DNA of 64,000 nucleotides from an uncultured Clostridia bacterium (GCA_946401865.1 CAMIVO010000001.1:10026-74025), one strand, 5' to 3'. Counted from the first letter of the stretch, positions 27,321 through 38,024 are shown. The notes: generated by a model from the letters alone, not told the origin. Translations and numbers: made by a program.

Positions 27321-27992
27321 ATGGACAATTTTGCTCAACATTTAAAAGTATTATTTCCTACATTGGTAACAACAATAACAAAGGGTAATAAAACAATACA
27401 AATTTATAGAATTCCCAAAGAAGATAAAGAAGTGCTTAGAATAGAAACTATAGAGGATGGAAATAGAAAGAGTATAGAAAAAAGAAGGATTGATGGAAAT
27501 ACTATATATGCAGAACAAACAATATCTGATGATAATATTACAAAAACAACACAGATTGTTATTAAAAACGGAATTACAGTAAATAGAATTAAACAATATA
27601 TAAAAAGGAATCAAAATCGAAATCAATCTCACACAAAAATAATAACATATGAATGTGATGGAAAAACTTCAAACAAAATATCTAGTATAGAATATATTAT
27701 CAAAGAAGGGAGTTATACAAGAATGGATTGGTTTTCTATAACAAGATGTCCATATAATGATACATCTATTGTTATAGCATATTCACCATATAAAATTAGA
27801 ACAGAAAAACCACTGATAGCAGGTGTTGTGAAATGTGATTATGATGCTTTAGACAATAATTCGATTTTTTTACCTGACTATACTCCTATGCCTTCATATG
27901 AAGCAAATTCGGTTGAATATAATTGGGCTCAAAGGGTATTAAAAGAAAAACAAGAAGAATATGAAGCATTATTATCTTACAAAGAAAGATAA
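27321..27992 (+). CDS. Hypothetical protein (223 aa)
   Basis: ORF with an upstream RBS-like AGGTAAGGAAG. Confidence 0.45.
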   Translation: MDNFAQHLKVLFPTLVTTITKGNKTIQIYRIPKEDKEVLRIETIEDGNRKSIEKRRIDGNTIYAEQTISDDNITKTTQIVIKNGITVNRIKQYIKRNQNRNQSHTKIITYECDGKTSNKISSIEYIIKEGSYTRMDWFSITRCPYNDTSIVIAYSPYKIRTEKPLIAGVVKCDYDALDNNSIFLPDYTPMPSYEANSVEYNWAQRVLKEKQEEYEALLSYKER

Positions 27993-28087
27993 AATTTAAG
28001 ATAAATTATTGAGTTTTAGCCAATTTTGTGATATATTAATAATGAAAAAAGTTTTACTAATAAAAATAATAAAAGGAGGAGAATAAG

Positions 28088-28525
28088 ATGGACAAAAAAA
28101 TCGATCCAGAAGAATTAAAAAAGAAAGGTGGAAAAACTTTTAAAGAGTTTAAAGAATTCATAGCAAAGGGAAATGTTATGGATATGGCTGTCGGTGTTAT
28201 TATGGGTTCAGCTTTCGGAAAAATAGTAACATCTATTGTTAATGATATACTTATGCCTTTAATTGGTATTGTAATTGGTGGTGTTGATTTTACTAATTTA
28301 AGTATAAAAATTAAAGATGCTACTATTACATATGGAAATTTTATCCAAAATGTTATTGATTTCTTAATTATAGCATTCTGCATATTCTTTATGGTTAAAA
28401 CAATTAATAAAATTACTAAAAAAGGTAAAGAAGAAGAAAAAGTTGAAGAAGAACCTAAAAAAGAAGAAAATACAGTTTTATTGGAAGAAATTAGAGATTT
28501 ATTAAAAGAAAAACAAAATGTATAA
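28088..28525 (+). CDS. mscL: Large-conductance mechanosensitive channel
   Basis: 145 aa with [27 protein letters not shown]...LMPLIG. Confidence 0.92.
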   Translation: MDKKIDPEELKKKGGKTFKEFKEFIAKGNVMDMAVGVIMGSAFGKIVTSIVNDILMPLIGIVIGGVDFTNLSIKIKDATITYGNFIQNVIDFLIIAFCIFFMVKTINKITKKGKEEEKVEEEPKKEENTVLLEEIRDLLKEKQNV

Positions 28526-28596
28526 TTTTTAACAAAGGACCTTTACTTATTTGAAAATATTTTCAAAAAGATTGGTCCTTTTTAAAAATCTTAATT

Positions 28597-28603
28597 TGTC
28601 GAA
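28597..28603 (+). promoter_or_regulatory. Candidate 0A box upstream of spo0A
   Basis: Exact TGTCGAA match; a second, weaker GTCGAAA lies on the opposite strand near 28665. Confidence 0.35.
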
Positions 28604-28731
28604 ATAGGTAGAATTAAGACGATGAAAAATGGTAAAAATTGCCAATTATCACTTGCAAATTTTTCGACCCTATTATATAATGAAAATTGTAAATAATTTA
28701 CAAATTTTTATATATTTAGGAGGAAAAAGCT

Positions 28732-29547
28732 GTGAACGATAAAATAACAGTATTAATTGCAGATGACAATGAAGAATTTAGCAAAACATTAGCAACATAT
28801 CTTACAAATCAACAAGATATGGAAATTATTGGAATTGCCAAAGACGGCACAGAAGCACTAGATATAATAAAAGAAAAATCACCAGACGTAGCAATATTAG
28901 ATGTAATTATGCCACATTTAGATGGAATAGGAGTCTTAGAAAGATTAAATAGTAGTAATAGTTTAAGCAAAAAACCATTATGTATTATGCTTTCAGCAGT
29001 AGGACAAGACAAAATTACAGGAAAGGCTCTTGCTTTAGGAGCAGAGTATTATGTAGTAAAACCATTTGATATTGAATTGTTAATTCAAAGAATTAGAGAA
29101 ATTAAAAACTTTAAACCAAATGGATCAAATAGTTTTATTATAAATGAAACTAAAAGAACTCCTTACATAGATGTAAATTCAACTAAAACAAAAGATCAAC
29201 TAGAAGCGCTGGTTACTAATGTTATTCATGGTGTTGGAGTACCAGCACATATAAAAGGTTACCAATATTTAAGAGAAGCTATAATGCTTGTTGTAAATGA
29301 TATAGATGTTATTAATCAAATAACTAAAACTTTATATCCAGAAATAGCTCAAAAATTTGGAACCACACCATCAAGAGTAGAAAGAGCAATTCGCCACGCA
29401 ATAGAAGTTGCATGGGGTAGAGGCGAGGTAGCTTTGATGGAAAATATATTTGGCTATACGGTTTCAGCGGCAAAAGGCAAACCAACAAATTCAGAATTTA
29501 TTGCAATGATTGCAGATAAACTAAGATTAGAATTAAAATCAGCATAA
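28732..29547 (+). CDS. spo0A: Sporulation master regulator Spo0A
   Basis: 271 aa with a GTG start. Has a receiver domain (DDNEEF...DVIMPHLDG) and the Spo0A C-terminal HTH ([11 protein letters not shown]...[17 protein letters not shown]). Confidence 0.95.
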   Translation: MNDKITVLIADDNEEFSKTLATYLTNQQDMEIIGIAKDGTEALDIIKEKSPDVAILDVIMPHLDGIGVLERLNSSNSLSKKPLCIMLSAVGQDKITGKALALGAEYYVVKPFDIELLIQRIREIKNFKPNGSNSFIINETKRTPYIDVNSTKTKDQLEALVTNVIHGVGVPAHIKGYQYLREAIMLVVNDIDVINQITKTLYPEIAQKFGTTPSRVERAIRHAIEVAWGRGEVALMENIFGYTVSAAKGKPTNSEFIAMIADKLRLELKSA

Positions 29548-29726
29548 AAAATAAAAAAAACGGAAATTAAATTTTGTAGCATTATAATGCAAACGAAATA
29601 TTATTTCCGCTTTTTGTTGACTTTTTTAAGGAATTATATTATAATTTTTGAAAAATAAGTATTGGAGAACAAGTTAAATATTGAAGATATAGTCTAATTA
29701 CTTTATATAAAAAGGAGAGATGTATT

Positions 29727-30233
29727 ATGAGTAGTTTTGTCAAAAAAATTGACGTATCAAAAATAGAATTGATAGGATGGGAAAGTGAAAAAGTTCTTAG
29801 TGATGAAGAACTTCGAAGCAAAATTCCTGAAATGTTTTCAAGATTTTATGCTGACTTTGATTATTTATTAGCTAAATCAAATTTAATAGGTTGTACTATC
29901 AACTCTTCTGACGGAGTGTCATATTTCTTAGGAATGGATAAAGCTAAATTAAACGATAAAGATATAGAGGGTATTTTAAAAAGTGATGGAACATCACATA
30001 AAATTTTTAATATAAATAATTCAGATAGTTTTTCATATTTTGTTGAATGTTCAGATGAACCTGGTGATATTCATAAATATATAGATATGGAAAGAAATAA
30101 AGCTAAAGAAGCAGGAACAAGAATAACTGGAGATATTATAGAAAGTTATTTACCAGATGGAACATGTCATATTTATTTTCCTAAGAAAATTGGACCAGTT
30201 ACTAAAGAAATGCAAGAATTAGAACAAGAATAG
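29727..30233 (+). CDS. Hypothetical protein, possibly GyrI-like small-molecule-binding fold
   Basis: 168 aa. The pattern KIELIGWESEKVLS...IPEMFSRFY is reminiscent of GyrI-like/Cass2 proteins. Has its own TTGACT-17-TATAAT promoter near 29614-29642. Confidence 0.35.
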   Translation: MSSFVKKIDVSKIELIGWESEKVLSDEELRSKIPEMFSRFYADFDYLLAKSNLIGCTINSSDGVSYFLGMDKAKLNDKDIEGILKSDGTSHKIFNINNSDSFSYFVECSDEPGDIHKYIDMERNKAKEAGTRITGDIIESYLPDGTCHIYFPKKIGPVTKEMQELEQE

Positions 30234-30357
30234 ATTAAAAATTTTATTATAGCGGGACAATCCTGCCTTTTTATTTTTATAAACAAGTATTTTATTTTTT
30301 AAGAAAATTATAAATTCATATCTTAGAGATTAGTATAAAAAAGCTTTTTGATTATTG

Positions 30358-30386
30358 TTTACATATAAAGAAAATTTTGATATAAT
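30358..30386 (+). promoter_or_regulatory. SigmaA-type promoter P1 (drives the radical-SAM/ATP-grasp pair); duplicate of P2
   Basis: TTTACA 30358-30363, 17 nt, TATAAT 30381-30386. The 30-nt block matches 32844-32873 with 2 mismatches. Confidence 0.6.
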
Positions 30387-30437
30387 TAGCAAATGGATTA
30401 AAATAACATATATAAGAGATGATTAAAGGAAGTAAAA

Positions 30438-31517
30438 ATGAATATTAAAAAAAGAGAACTATGGGAATACAAATTGGATATATTATATCGTGGAATAAGT
30501 ATTAGTAAAAAATGTTTTGATACTTTAAAAAAGGGGATTAATAATCAAATTAATAATGATGATTATATTACAACTAAAGGTTTAATGATTGTTTTAGATA
30601 ATAAAATTTATGTAAATGCAGATATAAATGAGGAAAGCTATTTTCAAATAGATTATGAGGATGAACAATACATATTAAAATATAATAATAAATTAATTTG
30701 TAATATCAGAATAATCCAACCGCCTGAATTTGCATTAATGAGAAAAAAATTGAGCAGTGGAGAGTTATTAACTAATCTTATAAATATTCATGGTGATCGT
30801 GTAAGAATTCAACCAATTGAAGGATGTGCATTTAGGTGTGCATTTTGCAGTTTAAATATATTTAATTATAAAAAATATTCTATAGATATTTTAGATGAAG
30901 CATTTCAGTATGCATTAAATAATTGTAGTTTTGAGCATGTATTAATTAGTGGAGGAACACCTAAATTAAATCAAGAGGATTATACTTATTTAAATAATGT
31001 GTATCAATTTTTTGGTAAAAAATATGGGGATAAGATTCCGATAGATATTATGCTTGCACCAAGAGGATTAGAAATTAATGACAATAGTATTGAACAATAC
31101 GAAATATTCTTAAATAAATTAAAAGAATGGAATATAAGCGGATTATCAATAAATTTGGAATTATTTAATGATGAAATGAGAAAAAAATATATACCAAATA
31201 AGGACAATATAGGCAAATTAAATTATTTGAAATTTATTGAATTAGCAGTTAAAATTTTTGGAAAAGGAAATGTTAGATCATGCATTATTATTGGATTGGA
31301 AGAGATAAGTGATAGTTTGAAAGCAGTAGAAGAACTATCAAAAATTGGATGTATGCCTGTTTTATCTCCATATATTCCAATCAATAATACAATTAACAAA
31401 CCACGTCCGGAACTAACTAAAGAAGTCTTATTACAGGCAAAAAAAATTACAGACAATTATAGTATAGAGCTAGGTCCAAAATGTAATTCATGTAAACATA
31501 ATACAATTAATTTTTAA
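30438..31517 (+). CDS. Radical SAM enzyme with an ~125-aa N-terminal extension
   Basis: 359 aa with CAFRCAFC (CxxxCxxC) at about aa 129-136, a GGTP glycine-rich motif and C-terminal CNSCKH. Confidence 0.8.
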   Translation: MNIKKRELWEYKLDILYRGISISKKCFDTLKKGINNQINNDDYITTKGLMIVLDNKIYVNADINEESYFQIDYEDEQYILKYNNKLICNIRIIQPPEFALMRKKLSSGELLTNLINIHGDRVRIQPIEGCAFRCAFCSLNIFNYKKYSIDILDEAFQYALNNCSFEHVLISGGTPKLNQEDYTYLNNVYQFFGKKYGDKIPIDIMLAPRGLEINDNSIEQYEIFLNKLKEWNISGLSINLELFNDEMRKKYIPNKDNIGKLNYLKFIELAVKIFGKGNVRSCIIIGLEEISDSLKAVEELSKIGCMPVLSPYIPINNTINKPRPELTKEVLLQAKKITDNYSIELGPKCNSCKHNTINF

Positions 31518-31541
31518 ATATGTATAAAGGATATAAAATAA

Positions 31542-32675
31542 ATGAAAAAATATATATGGTTGGGTATAAGAGAGTCTGAAATACTATATACAGATTTTAT
31601 TGATAAGTCAATTACTATTTTTGGAAAAAATAATAAAAATCTTCAAAATGAATTAAAAAAAACGATTAACCATAATGCAATAAAAAATAATAATATTATT
31701 AATAAATTTTATCAAATGAATATAAATAAATGTTTAGAACTAAATAATAATGTAAAATTTATGTGTTATAGTCAAATTTATAATTATTATCTTATTAAAA
31801 AAAGCGGATTACTAGATAGTGTTATATGTCTTAATAATCAGAAATTAGTTAAGTTTGTACACGATAAATTTAAAGTAAAAGCATTTTTAAAAGAAGATAT
31901 ACCTATATTAAAATATACAATTATTAAAGGAGAAGAGTTTGAATATAAAAAACTAGCTAAACAATTTAATACGAATGAATTAGTTGCTCAAACTAGAAAT
32001 TGTTCAGGTGGCTTTGGGACTTTTATAATTGACAAAAATACAGACATAAAACTAAATAAAAAAGAAAATTATATGATTACAAAATATTGTACTAATAATT
32101 TATCTATAAATATAAGTGTATTAATATCAAATGGTGATATTTGTGTTTTACCTGGATCTATGCAAATAATAGAAAAAATAAATAATAGACTTATGTATAA
32201 AGGTAGTGATTTTATTGCTTATAGAGAATTAATTAGCAAACAAATAGATATAAAAGCAAAGCAGTATGCATATATAATAGCAGAAATTTTACAAAAAAAG
32301 GGTTATAGAGGATTATTAGGTATTGACATGATTGTTTTTGAAGATGATGTATATTTATCTGAAATAAATCCAAGATTTCAAAATTCAAGTTCTATAATAA
32401 ATAAGTCGTTAAAGGATAATAATTTGTTATCGCTTCAACAGCTCCAATATAATTGTTTTTTTGAAAAAGAGATTAAATTAAATAAATTTGATATTAATTA
32501 TTGTACATATATAAACGAATACGGTCAAATAAATAAAACGTTTAATATAAATAAAATTGAAAGTTGGGATTTAAATAATAAAATTTCAAAATATGAAGAT
32601 ATGAGTTATATTAGTACAGATGTCTATGATAAGTCTATATTATTGCATAATGGCTATAAAATAGGTAATAAATAG
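31542..32675 (+). CDS. ATP-grasp family ligase
   Basis: 377 aa with C-terminal LGIDMIVFEDDVYLSEINPRFQNS, typical of ATP-grasp Mg/ATP sites; starts 24 nt after the radical SAM gene. Confidence 0.7.
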   Translation: MKKYIWLGIRESEILYTDFIDKSITIFGKNNKNLQNELKKTINHNAIKNNNIINKFYQMNINKCLELNNNVKFMCYSQIYNYYLIKKSGLLDSVICLNNQKLVKFVHDKFKVKAFLKEDIPILKYTIIKGEEFEYKKLAKQFNTNELVAQTRNCSGGFGTFIIDKNTDIKLNKKENYMITKYCTNNLSINISVLISNGDICVLPGSMQIIEKINNRLMYKGSDFIAYRELISKQIDIKAKQYAYIIAEILQKKGYRGLLGIDMIVFEDDVYLSEINPRFQNSSSIINKSLKDNNLLSLQQLQYNCFFEKEIKLNKFDINYCTYINEYGQINKTFNINKIESWDLNNKISKYEDMSYISTDVYDKSILLHNGYKIGNK

Positions 32676-32700
32676 TATATAAATAATCTTGATGTAAAAC

Positions 32701-32802
32701 ATATTTGGTTATACAGTATCAAGCACAAAAGGCAAACCAACAAATTTAGAATTTATTGCAATGATTGCAGATAAACTAAGATTAGAATTAAAATCAGCAT
32801 AG
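32701..32802 (+). pseudogene. Orphan duplicate of the spo0A 3' end (last 33 codons plus stop)
   Basis: About 93 of 102 nt match 29446-29547 by manual alignment. Translates [33 protein letters not shown]. Confidence 0.9.
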
Positions 32803-32808
32803 TAATAA

Positions 32809-32832
32809 AAGATGTCGAAAGACATCTTTTTT
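32809..32832 (+). terminator. Rho-independent terminator behind the spo0A 3' duplicate
   Basis: AAGATGTC-gaaa-GACATCTT followed by TTTT. Confidence 0.8.
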
Positions 32833-32843
32833 ATATATATTTA

Positions 32844-32872
32844 TTTACATATAAGGAAAATTTTGGTATAAT
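32844..32872 (+). promoter_or_regulatory. SigmaA-type promoter P2 (nifS-like gene)
   Basis: TTTACA 32844-32849, 17 nt, TATAAT 32867-32872. Confidence 0.6.
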
Positions 32873-32914
32873 TTGGATAAAAGAATAATAATTTTAAAGA
32901 GATAAAAACAAGAG

Positions 32915-34060
32915 GTGATGTTTTTGAATAGTATTTATTTCGACAACAATGCAACTACAAAAATTGATGAAGAAGTATTAAATTCAATGATGCCATATTT
33001 AAAAGAAGAATATGGAAATCCAAGTAGTATTTATTCATTTGGTGCAAATGTAAAAGAAGAGATAGAAAAAGCAAGAAAAAGTGTTGCGGAATTATTAAAT
33101 GCAAAAACTGATGAGATAATTTTTACAAGTGGAGCAAGTGAAAGTAATACTACTGCAATTATGAATGCAGTAAGAAATAATCCAGAAAAAAAGCATATAA
33201 TTACAACAAAAGTAGAACACGCATCAATTATGGAAGCTATGAAGTATTTAGAACAAAAAGAAAACTACAAAGTTACATATTTATCAGTTGATAAACAAGG
33301 AAGAATTAACCTAGAAGAATTAAAACAATCAATAACAGAGAATACATGCTTAATTGCTGTTATGATGGCAAATAATGAAATTGGAAATATATATCCTATA
33401 AAAGAAATTAGTAAAATAGCAAAAGAAAACAACATATTATTTCATACTGATGCTGTTCAAGCAATTGGAAAAATTAGAATTGATGTAGAAGATTTACAAG
33501 TTGATACATTATCTTTTTCAGGTCATAAAATACATGCACCTAAAGGAATTGGAGTATTATACATAAAAAAAGATACTCCGTTTATTCCATTAATATTTGG
33601 ACATCAAGAAAAAAATAGAAGAGGTGGAACTGAAAATGTTCCATATATCATAGGACTTGGAAAAGCATGTGAACTAATTTTAAAAGATGAATATAAAAAG
33701 AATGAGAGAATACAATTTTTAAGAGATAAACTAGAAAATGAGATTAAACAAAACATCGAAGATATTGTTATATATGGAGATACCGAAAATAGAGTGCCAA
33801 ATACAATAAGTGTAGGTTTTAAAGGTGTAGATGCAATTCAGCTGATGCTTATGCTTGAAGGCCAAAATATATTGGTTTCTACTGGTTCAGCATGTAATTC
33901 TGAGATGGCAGAGCCTTCGTATGTTTTAACTGCTTGTAATGCCGATGTATGTAATTATAGTCCAATTAGAATAAGTTTAAATAAGTATAATACAGAAGAA
34001 GAAATAGATAGTTTTGTAAGAGTATTAAAAAATGTTATTAAAAATATGAGGAGGAAATAA
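32915..34060 (+). CDS. nifS: Cysteine desulfurase (NifS/IscS-like, class V aminotransferase)
   Basis: 381 aa with IYFDNNATT, the SFSGHKIHAPKG PLP-lysine motif and the GSACNS active-site Cys loop. Confidence 0.88.
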   Translation: MMFLNSIYFDNNATTKIDEEVLNSMMPYLKEEYGNPSSIYSFGANVKEEIEKARKSVAELLNAKTDEIIFTSGASESNTTAIMNAVRNNPEKKHIITTKVEHASIMEAMKYLEQKENYKVTYLSVDKQGRINLEELKQSITENTCLIAVMMANNEIGNIYPIKEISKIAKENNILFHTDAVQAIGKIRIDVEDLQVDTLSFSGHKIHAPKGIGVLYIKKDTPFIPLIFGHQEKNRRGGTENVPYIIGLGKACELILKDEYKKNERIQFLRDKLENEIKQNIEDIVIYGDTENRVPNTISVGFKGVDAIQLMLMLEGQNILVSTGSACNSEMAEPSYVLTACNADVCNYSPIRISLNKYNTEEEIDSFVRVLKNVIKNMRRK

Positions 34061-34062
34061 AT

Positions 34063-34665
34063 ATGTCTGTTCTAATAAATTTTAAAATATGTGATAATGC
34101 AAAAGAATGTGGAGGAATTGCAATTTGTCCAACAGGAGCACTAAAATGGAATGAAGAGAAAGAAACAATTGAAATAGATAATGACAAATGTATATCTTGT
34201 GGATTATGCCAAAATGAATGTCCAATAGGTGCAATAAGGGTAGCCAAAACTGAAGAAGAATACAAAAAAATAAAAGAAGAAATTGATAATGATCCTAGAA
34301 CTCAAAAAGACTTATTTGTTGATAGGTACGGAGCAGCACCTTTATCAGACTTTTTTATGCTCGACATTAATGAATTAAAAGATAAGATTAACAAAAATAA
34401 TAATATAATTGTAGAATTTTATAATGATGATTCTATTGAATGTTTATTAAAATCAATTCCTATAAAAGATATTGTTGAAAACTTTCCTGATAATACTTTG
34501 TTTTATAAAATTGAATGTAATGATGAGAATAAAAAGACTCTAAATATTAATGAATTACCAGCTATATTGGTATATAAAAATGGTGAAATTGCAGGGAAGA
34601 TAGAAGGCTATTATTCTGTTGACCAAAAAGAAGAACTATTTGAAAAAATTAATCAATTCATTTAG
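34063..34665 (+). CDS. 4Fe-4S ferredoxin domain fused to a thioredoxin-like domain
   Basis: 200 aa with an N-terminal CISCGLCQNECP cluster motif and a C-terminal Trx-like fold pattern (LPAILVYKNGE). Confidence 0.55.
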   Translation: MSVLINFKICDNAKECGGIAICPTGALKWNEEKETIEIDNDKCISCGLCQNECPIGAIRVAKTEEEYKKIKEEIDNDPRTQKDLFVDRYGAAPLSDFFMLDINELKDKINKNNNIIVEFYNDDSIECLLKSIPIKDIVENFPDNTLFYKIECNDENKKTLNINELPAILVYKNGEIAGKIEGYYSVDQKEELFEKINQFI

Positions 34666-34721
34666 AATTTATTATTTTTAAATGAATTGATTCACCTAAA
34701 TAAAATTAGGGGATATATAAT

Positions 34722-35261
34722 ATGAAACTGTTAATTAATGTAAGCAACAGAGAGAAAAACTGTTATAAAATTTTAAGTGAGATTAGAAATGATAATGATT
34801 ACGTATTTTCTTTATCTGATAATAAAATAAAACCATGCAATGGATGTAGTGATTGTAAAAAGGGCTTAGTAAAATATTGTTCAATAAATGATGATATGCA
34901 AGAATTATATAAACAAATGTCCAAATATGAAAAAATTGTTATTGCAACTCCAATATATATGAATTTTTTATGTGGTCAATTGAAAATCTTAATTGATAGA
35001 TTAAGATCACATTCTATGAATCCAGAACTACTAAAAAATAAGAATCTATATTTGATAATAACTGGAATGTTGAGTGAAGAAGAAAATAAAGAAGTTATTG
35101 ATATGATAACAAAATATTTTGAGAGTCTAACTGAATTTATGGAATTTAATTTTCATTATGTAGGATATCTTTCAAGTGGTAATAGTGAAGAAATTGATGC
35201 TATTGAAAAAAATAATACAAACTATAAGGAAATTGTGGAAAATATGAAAAATGAGATATAA
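34722..35261 (+). CDS. Flavodoxin-like NAD(P)H-dependent FMN reductase family protein
   Basis: 179 aa with CNGCSDCKKG...IATPIYMNFLCGQLKILIDRL, typical of the FMN_red / iron-sulfur flavoprotein family. Confidence 0.55.
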   Translation: MKLLINVSNREKNCYKILSEIRNDNDYVFSLSDNKIKPCNGCSDCKKGLVKYCSINDDMQELYKQMSKYEKIVIATPIYMNFLCGQLKILIDRLRSHSMNPELLKNKNLYLIITGMLSEEENKEVIDMITKYFESLTEFMEFNFHYVGYLSSGNSEEIDAIEKNNTNYKEIVENMKNEI

Positions 35262-35377
35262 TTTACTTGAAAATTATATGAATTTACACAATCAAAAACA
35301 TCATATAAATACACCACCTCATATAATACGAATGCTATTATATAAAGAAACAATGTATTAATTTTAGGAGAAAAAAT

Positions 35378-36340
35378 ATGGATATACAGGACCCTCAATT
35401 AAAAAGAATTCATGAATTTATAGAAGAACTTGAAACAAAATTAAAAGATTTACCAGATAATATTGAAGTAAAAGAAACAGATAATATTTCCAAATCTTTA
35501 TATCCTGAATATTGTGATTTAAATAAAGAAAGGATAGAGAAAAGAATATTTAAGTTAATTAGTTTGTTTAAAAGAATGAAAAAATGGGATGGACAGAAAC
35601 TACAAGAAGGAAAAAAGTATATAATAACAGAAATAGCACATATTGAATATGACTTAAATTATTTACTAAAACATGGTACACAAAATCCAAGAAATGGCTT
35701 TATAAATAGTTTAAAAGGAAAAGAAATAATAAATCAACCTCCAATTTATGAATATCCATATTCAACAAATGAATATTTTAATGAATGGAGAGAAAGAATA
35801 ATAGACTATTATATTAAGAAATACGGAGGAAATCCACTAAGAAGAATTAAATTAAGAAGACTAATGATACCAGCTACCATGGGTGAGAATTATCCAGATT
35901 TAGTTGAAGAAGTTATTTTTTTATCAACAGATAATATTTTAAGAAGAATGAATATTAGAGATTTTAAAAAATATGTTATGAATAAAAATAATGAACATAT
36001 TAAAGTGTTAATAATTGGGCCATCAAGGTATAAAGGTTTTAATAAATACACATATGATTTACAAGCGGATAATTGCAGTACGATTGAGCAAATTGTTTTA
36101 TACAATGGGATAGAAATAATATATCCATTAGATGAGTTATACAATCTAAAATCAATTGTTTTACCACCAACAGTTCAATACATAGAACCAAGAGCTTTTT
36201 ATATTTGTAATTGTTTAGAAAGTATTATATTGCCAGAGAAAATAAGAATAGGAGAAGAAGCTTTTGAAGGAACCAAACTTGTAGTCGATAGTAATGGAAG
36301 AGTTAGTAAGGTTAAACAAGATGATTTAAAGAGAAAATAA
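35378..36340 (+). CDS. Protein with C-terminal BspA-type leucine-rich repeats
   Basis: 320 aa; the IVLPPTVQYIEPRAFYICNCLESIILPEKIRIGEEAFEG pattern fits. Confidence 0.55.
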   Translation: MDIQDPQLKRIHEFIEELETKLKDLPDNIEVKETDNISKSLYPEYCDLNKERIEKRIFKLISLFKRMKKWDGQKLQEGKKYIITEIAHIEYDLNYLLKHGTQNPRNGFINSLKGKEIINQPPIYEYPYSTNEYFNEWRERIIDYYIKKYGGNPLRRIKLRRLMIPATMGENYPDLVEEVIFLSTDNILRRMNIRDFKKYVMNKNNEHIKVLIIGPSRYKGFNKYTYDLQADNCSTIEQIVLYNGIEIIYPLDELYNLKSIVLPPTVQYIEPRAFYICNCLESIILPEKIRIGEEAFEGTKLVVDSNGRVSKVKQDDLKRK

Positions 36341-36466
36341 AAAAATTTTATATAATTTCGTTAAGTAAAGCAAAAAACAATAAAGAAAATAAACAAGAAA
36401 AATTATATAAATGGCTTGAATTTATAAATAATCTAGAGAAGGAAACTCAGAAAGGACCAAAAAAAC

Positions 36467-37363
36467 ATGATAATCATCACATCAGGAAGAGGAAATATTG
36501 ATATTGATGCATATGGCGGAGCAATTGCATATGCATATTTACTTAATTTAAAAGGAATAAAAGCAAAAGCAGTTTGTACAGGAAACTTAAATGAAAGCAT
36601 AACACCTAGTATGCTTAAATTAAAATACAAACTAGATGATTACACTAAAAATGAAGATGACCAATTTATTATAGTTGATCTTTCTTATAAAGATTTCTTT
36701 GATAAAATAGTTGAAGAAGATAAAGTAATTGAAATAATTGATCATCATTATGGATATGAAGAATATTGGAGAAAAAAACTTGATAAAAAAGCAATAATAG
36801 AGCAAGTAGGTGCAATGGCAACCATTATTGTAGAAATGTATGAAAAAGATAATTTATTAGAAAAAATGCCTGTTGATATTGCAAAACTTTTAATGGCTGC
36901 AATTTTAGATAATACTTTAAATTTAAAATCAAATGTTACAACTAACAGAGATATTGAGAGCTATAATAAGTTACAAAACATAGTTCAAGATGAAAATTTT
37001 GCTCAAAATTATTTTATGGAATGTCAACAAGTAATAGAAAAAGATTTTTCTCAAGCTATAAGAAATGACATAAAAATTGAAGATATTGATTATTCATTGC
37101 CAAGAGTAATTGGACAATTAGTTTTATGGGATAAAACCCTTCTTTGGAAAAATAAGGAAATAATAAAAGAAGTTCTAAACGAAAAAGGCGATAAATGGAT
37201 AATGAATGTGATTTGCCTAAAAGAAGGAAAAAATTACATAATGGCTTCTAATAAGGAAGTAATGAAAAATTTAGAAGAACTATTAGAAACAAAAGCTAAT
37301 AATGAAATTATTGAATTAAATAAATTGATGCTAAGAAAAGAACTAATGAAAAAGGCAATGTGA
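36467..37363 (+). CDS. DHH-family phosphoesterase
   Basis: 298 aa with an N-terminal DIDAYGG motif and the IIDHH motif. Confidence 0.65.
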   Translation: MIIITSGRGNIDIDAYGGAIAYAYLLNLKGIKAKAVCTGNLNESITPSMLKLKYKLDDYTKNEDDQFIIVDLSYKDFFDKIVEEDKVIEIIDHHYGYEEYWRKKLDKKAIIEQVGAMATIIVEMYEKDNLLEKMPVDIAKLLMAAILDNTLNLKSNVTTNRDIESYNKLQNIVQDENFAQNYFMECQQVIEKDFSQAIRNDIKIEDIDYSLPRVIGQLVLWDKTLLWKNKEIIKEVLNEKGDKWIMNVICLKEGKNYIMASNKEVMKNLEELLETKANNEIIELNKLMLRKELMKKAM

Positions 37364-37406
37364 GAATAAATAGATAAAATACAATAAACAGACGGAGGAA
37401 AAAATC

Positions 37407-38024
37407 TTGTATACAATTTTAGAAAATTCTACCTTTGAATTAGTAGAGAAAAAATCAAAATTTATAGCAAATTTAATATATGTAGAAAGCAAAGAAGAAG
37501 CGGAAAATATTATAAAAGAATATAAAAAGAAATATTATGATGCAAGACACAATTGCTATGCATATAGAGTGCTAAATCAAGATGAAATTTACGAAAAATC
37601 GAGTGATGATGGCGAGCCTTCTGGAACTGCTGGAGCTCCAATGTTAAATCTTTTACAAAAAAATGATTTATGTAATGTAATAATAATTGTTACAAGATAT
37701 TTTGGGGGAATTTTACTTGGTACAGGAGGCTTAGTTAGAGCATATTCGGGTGCAACAGTAGGTGCAATAGATAATTGCAAAAAAGCAAAGATAGAGCCTG
37801 GTACTGAGTTTCAAATTGAATTAGATTATCCAAATTATCAATCTTTGCAGTATTATTGTAACAAAAATAATATTATAATTAAAAACAGTGAATATAATGA
37901 AAACATTACTTGTATTTTAGAGATGAATAATACTATAAAAGATAGATTTTTAGAAGATTTAAATAATAAAAAATTAAATATCTTAGATATAAAAAATCAA
38001 AAAGATATAATGATTATAGAATAA
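37407..38024 (+). CDS. yigZ: YigZ/IMPACT-family protein (UPF0029)
   Basis: 205 aa with a TTG start; shows KSKFIA...ARHNCYAY...DDGEPSGTAGAPML. Confidence 0.85.
   Translation: MYTILENSTFELVEKKSKFIANLIYVESKEEAENIIKEYKKKYYDARHNCYAYRVLNQDEIYEKSSDDGEPSGTAGAPMLNLLQKNDLCNVIIIVTRYFGGILLGTGGLVRAYSGATVGAIDNCKKAKIEPGTEFQIELDYPNYQSLQYYCNKNNIIIKNSEYNENITCILEMNNTIKDRFLEDLNNKKLNILDIKNQKDIMIIE

Noticed and set aside
36341-36466. Possible gene remnant (…NKQEKLYKWLEFINNLEKETQKGPKK) upstream of the DHH gene
   Set aside because: It is too short and interrupted by stops, with no start. Any family assignment would be guesswork.
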